From the NCBI RefSeq assembly GCF_018350175.1, contig NC_058383.1, positions 2,170,001 through 2,234,000 on the forward strand: 64,000 nucleotides of DNA, read 5' to 3'. Below, piece by piece: positions 62,269 to 64,000 of the stretch. The position numbers and the translations under genes are program-made. Source of the stretch: Felis catus. Its lineage: Eukaryota. Each line of letters opens with the position of its first letter. Position 1 is the stretch's first letter. The notes beneath the pieces are model-generated. The model was not told the DNA's origin. It did no database searches and saw only the letters and a list, made by a program, of their open reading frames with translations.

Positions 62269-62465
62269 GGGGCGCCGGGGTTGGCTCAGTCAGTGGAGCG
62301 TCGGACTCTCGACATCCGCTCTGGTCGTGATTCCGAGGTCGTGGGATGGAGCCCGGGGTTGGGCTCTGTGCTCAGCACAGAGCCTGCTTGGGATTCTCTC
62401 TCTCTGTCTCTCTCTCTCTGCTCCTCCCCCACTCACGCTCTCTCTCAAAAAGACCCAGAAAACCC
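62269..62465 (+). mobile_element. CAN-SINE
   Basis: ggggcgccggggttggctcagtcagtggagcgtcggactctcga head, (CT)n, A-rich tail. Confidence 0.9.
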
Positions 62466-63043
62466 GCAGCATCAGAACAGAAATGCAGAGCCCTTTCTCT
62501 AAAAGTATGCATTATTTACAAAATTCTAAATCCTCAACCTTGCAGCCATTTCTGGACATAGCTGTACTCATTTATATTCTTAAAATTTTTTTTCTTCTGA
62601 AAATGTTTCCATGTGGCATCATTCAAATTGTAATGGTTTCTCCTCAATGTTCCCCCCCAAATCGGGCAGCTATAAATTTCCTTGTGTAAAAGGCTTTGTA
62701 TACTGGAGTTTTTCCCTGAGACACAGCCCGAAAGAGAGCAGTACCGGGCAAACGGAAAGCACAACTTCACGGCCATTCCTCTGCTCGGTCACGCCAACCT
62801 AAAACACGGTGTCTCAGCTCTGAGCGTGCCCGGTGTTCTCAGTCCTGCTGACGCTGGTTTTGATCATTTGTGTTTACTCTGCTGGTTTAAGGCGTGAGGT
62901 TTTACTCAGGGTAGCTTAAGACGTCTTTTCTCCAATATTAACTACCGGAGGAACAGTGGGGACCAAGGCATGGTACTTGTGGATTCACTATAAACCCAAC
63001 CTGGGCAAATCTCTCTCTCTTAAAAAAAAAAAAAAAAAAAAAA

Positions 63044-63247
63044 ATTTTTAATCTTTATTTATTTTTGAGAGAGAGACAGAGAGTGAGTGGGGAGGGGCAG
63101 AGAGAGAGGGAAACACAGAATCTGAAGCAGGATCCAGGCTCCGAGCTGTCAGCATAGAGCCCGACACGGGGCTCAAACCCACAAACTGCGAGATCATGAC
63201 CTGAGCCGAAGTCGGATGCTTAACCGACTGAGCCACCCTGGCGCACC
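63044..63247 (-). mobile_element. CAN-SINE
   Basis: Reverse complement of the SINEC consensus (gagatcatgacctgagccgaagtcggatgcttaaccgactgagccaccctggcgc). Confidence 0.92.
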
Positions 63248-63297
63248 ATGGCCAAATCTCTTAAGCTCAGTTTCCTGAGTTTCAAAGTGGGGATCGA

Positions 63298-63510
63298 GGG
63301 GCACCTGGGCGGCTCCGTCGGTTAACCGTCTGACTTTGGTTCCGATCACGGTCTCGTGGTTCATGGGTTCCAGCCCTGTATTGGGGTCTCTGCTGTCAGC
63401 ACAGCGCCTGCTTTGGATCCTCTGTCTCCCTCTCTCTCTGCCCCTCTCCCGCTCACACTCTGTCTCGCCTTCTCTCAAAAATAAGTAAACGTTAAAAACA
63501 ATTTTTTTAA
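63298..63510 (+). mobile_element. CAN-SINE
   Basis: ggggcacctgggcggctccgtcggttaaccgtctgact head, (CT)n, aaaataagtaaacgttaaaaa tail. Confidence 0.9.
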
Positions 63511-64000
63511 AATAGGGACTGAGTCCCTATCACAAAATCCAATGAGATCATGCTCAACTGTTCGCTGTCTAGGAGTTGCTATTAAGCTGAAAACGATTTT
63601 CTCGTGGAAACACTCCGATCTGTGCTCACGCCCTGAAAGTACTTCCTTCGTGCGTCCTGGGAACGGGGCCGGTGTTAACCGCCTATACGGAGCCGACTGC
63701 ACGCTTTCCGTACAGGTCCGCATGGATTCTGTGTTTCGCACTGGTCAGCGTCCTCCCTGCTGCCCCATCACGTTGACTCAGTTTCCCCTGTAGTCCCACG
63801 GGGCTTTGTTGCAAATGTTGCATCATCACACCCGAAAGTCACATCGTTAATGTTATTTGATTCCTTGGGCTCAGTGCTCTCAGAATTGGATCCCTTCCAG
63901 GTCCGTCTGCGTCTCACTTTCCTCGAGAAGTGTGCTTCCTTGACTCAGCAGGTTTCTTGTGGTCCTTTTCCTCCACCGCCGCAGCCCTCGTCACGGAATG

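Noticed and set aside
61203..64000. Further upstream IQCE exons
   Set aside because: No IQCE-like peptide with splice sites found; the region is intronic and repeat-rich.

Overview
This window is GC-rich mammalian genomic DNA. It is almost certainly from a felid (cat family), judged by the many CAN-SINE/SINEC_Fc elements, and it has the IQCE-TTYH3 gene order known from human 7p22.3. Two spliced protein-coding genes lie on the minus strand. (1) TTYH3 (tweety family member 3): CpG-island promoter at ~20.5-21.4 kb and coding exons 1-9 (20757 down to 1192, 340 codons); the remaining exons lie beyond the left edge. (2) The 3' part of IQCE (IQ motif containing E, EvC/Hedgehog ciliary complex): 14 exons matching the human protein from memory plus one extra candidate 99-nt exon (61200 down to the stop at 40161), with a probable 3' UTR ending near 38.35 kb; the 5' exons lie beyond the right edge. 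I checked every exon for GT-AG boundaries and frame continuity by hand. The rest is introns and intergenic DNA with CAN-SINEs, MaLR/ERVL LTRs, L1, L2, MIR and DNA-transposon relics, and simple repeats. Most long ORFs in the six-frame track are GC-content artefacts. I found no convincing novel multi-gene system. The best leads are local: a TTYH3 uORF and repeated CCAAT/GC-box promoter module, inverted near-identical SINEs bracketing three IQCE exons (circRNA/editing hypothesis), an extra IQCE exon and a 24-nt microexon, a 40-bp tandem expansion inside a MER5 element, and repeated SINE insertion at one target site. Repeat family names and human comparisons come from recall, not from database searches.
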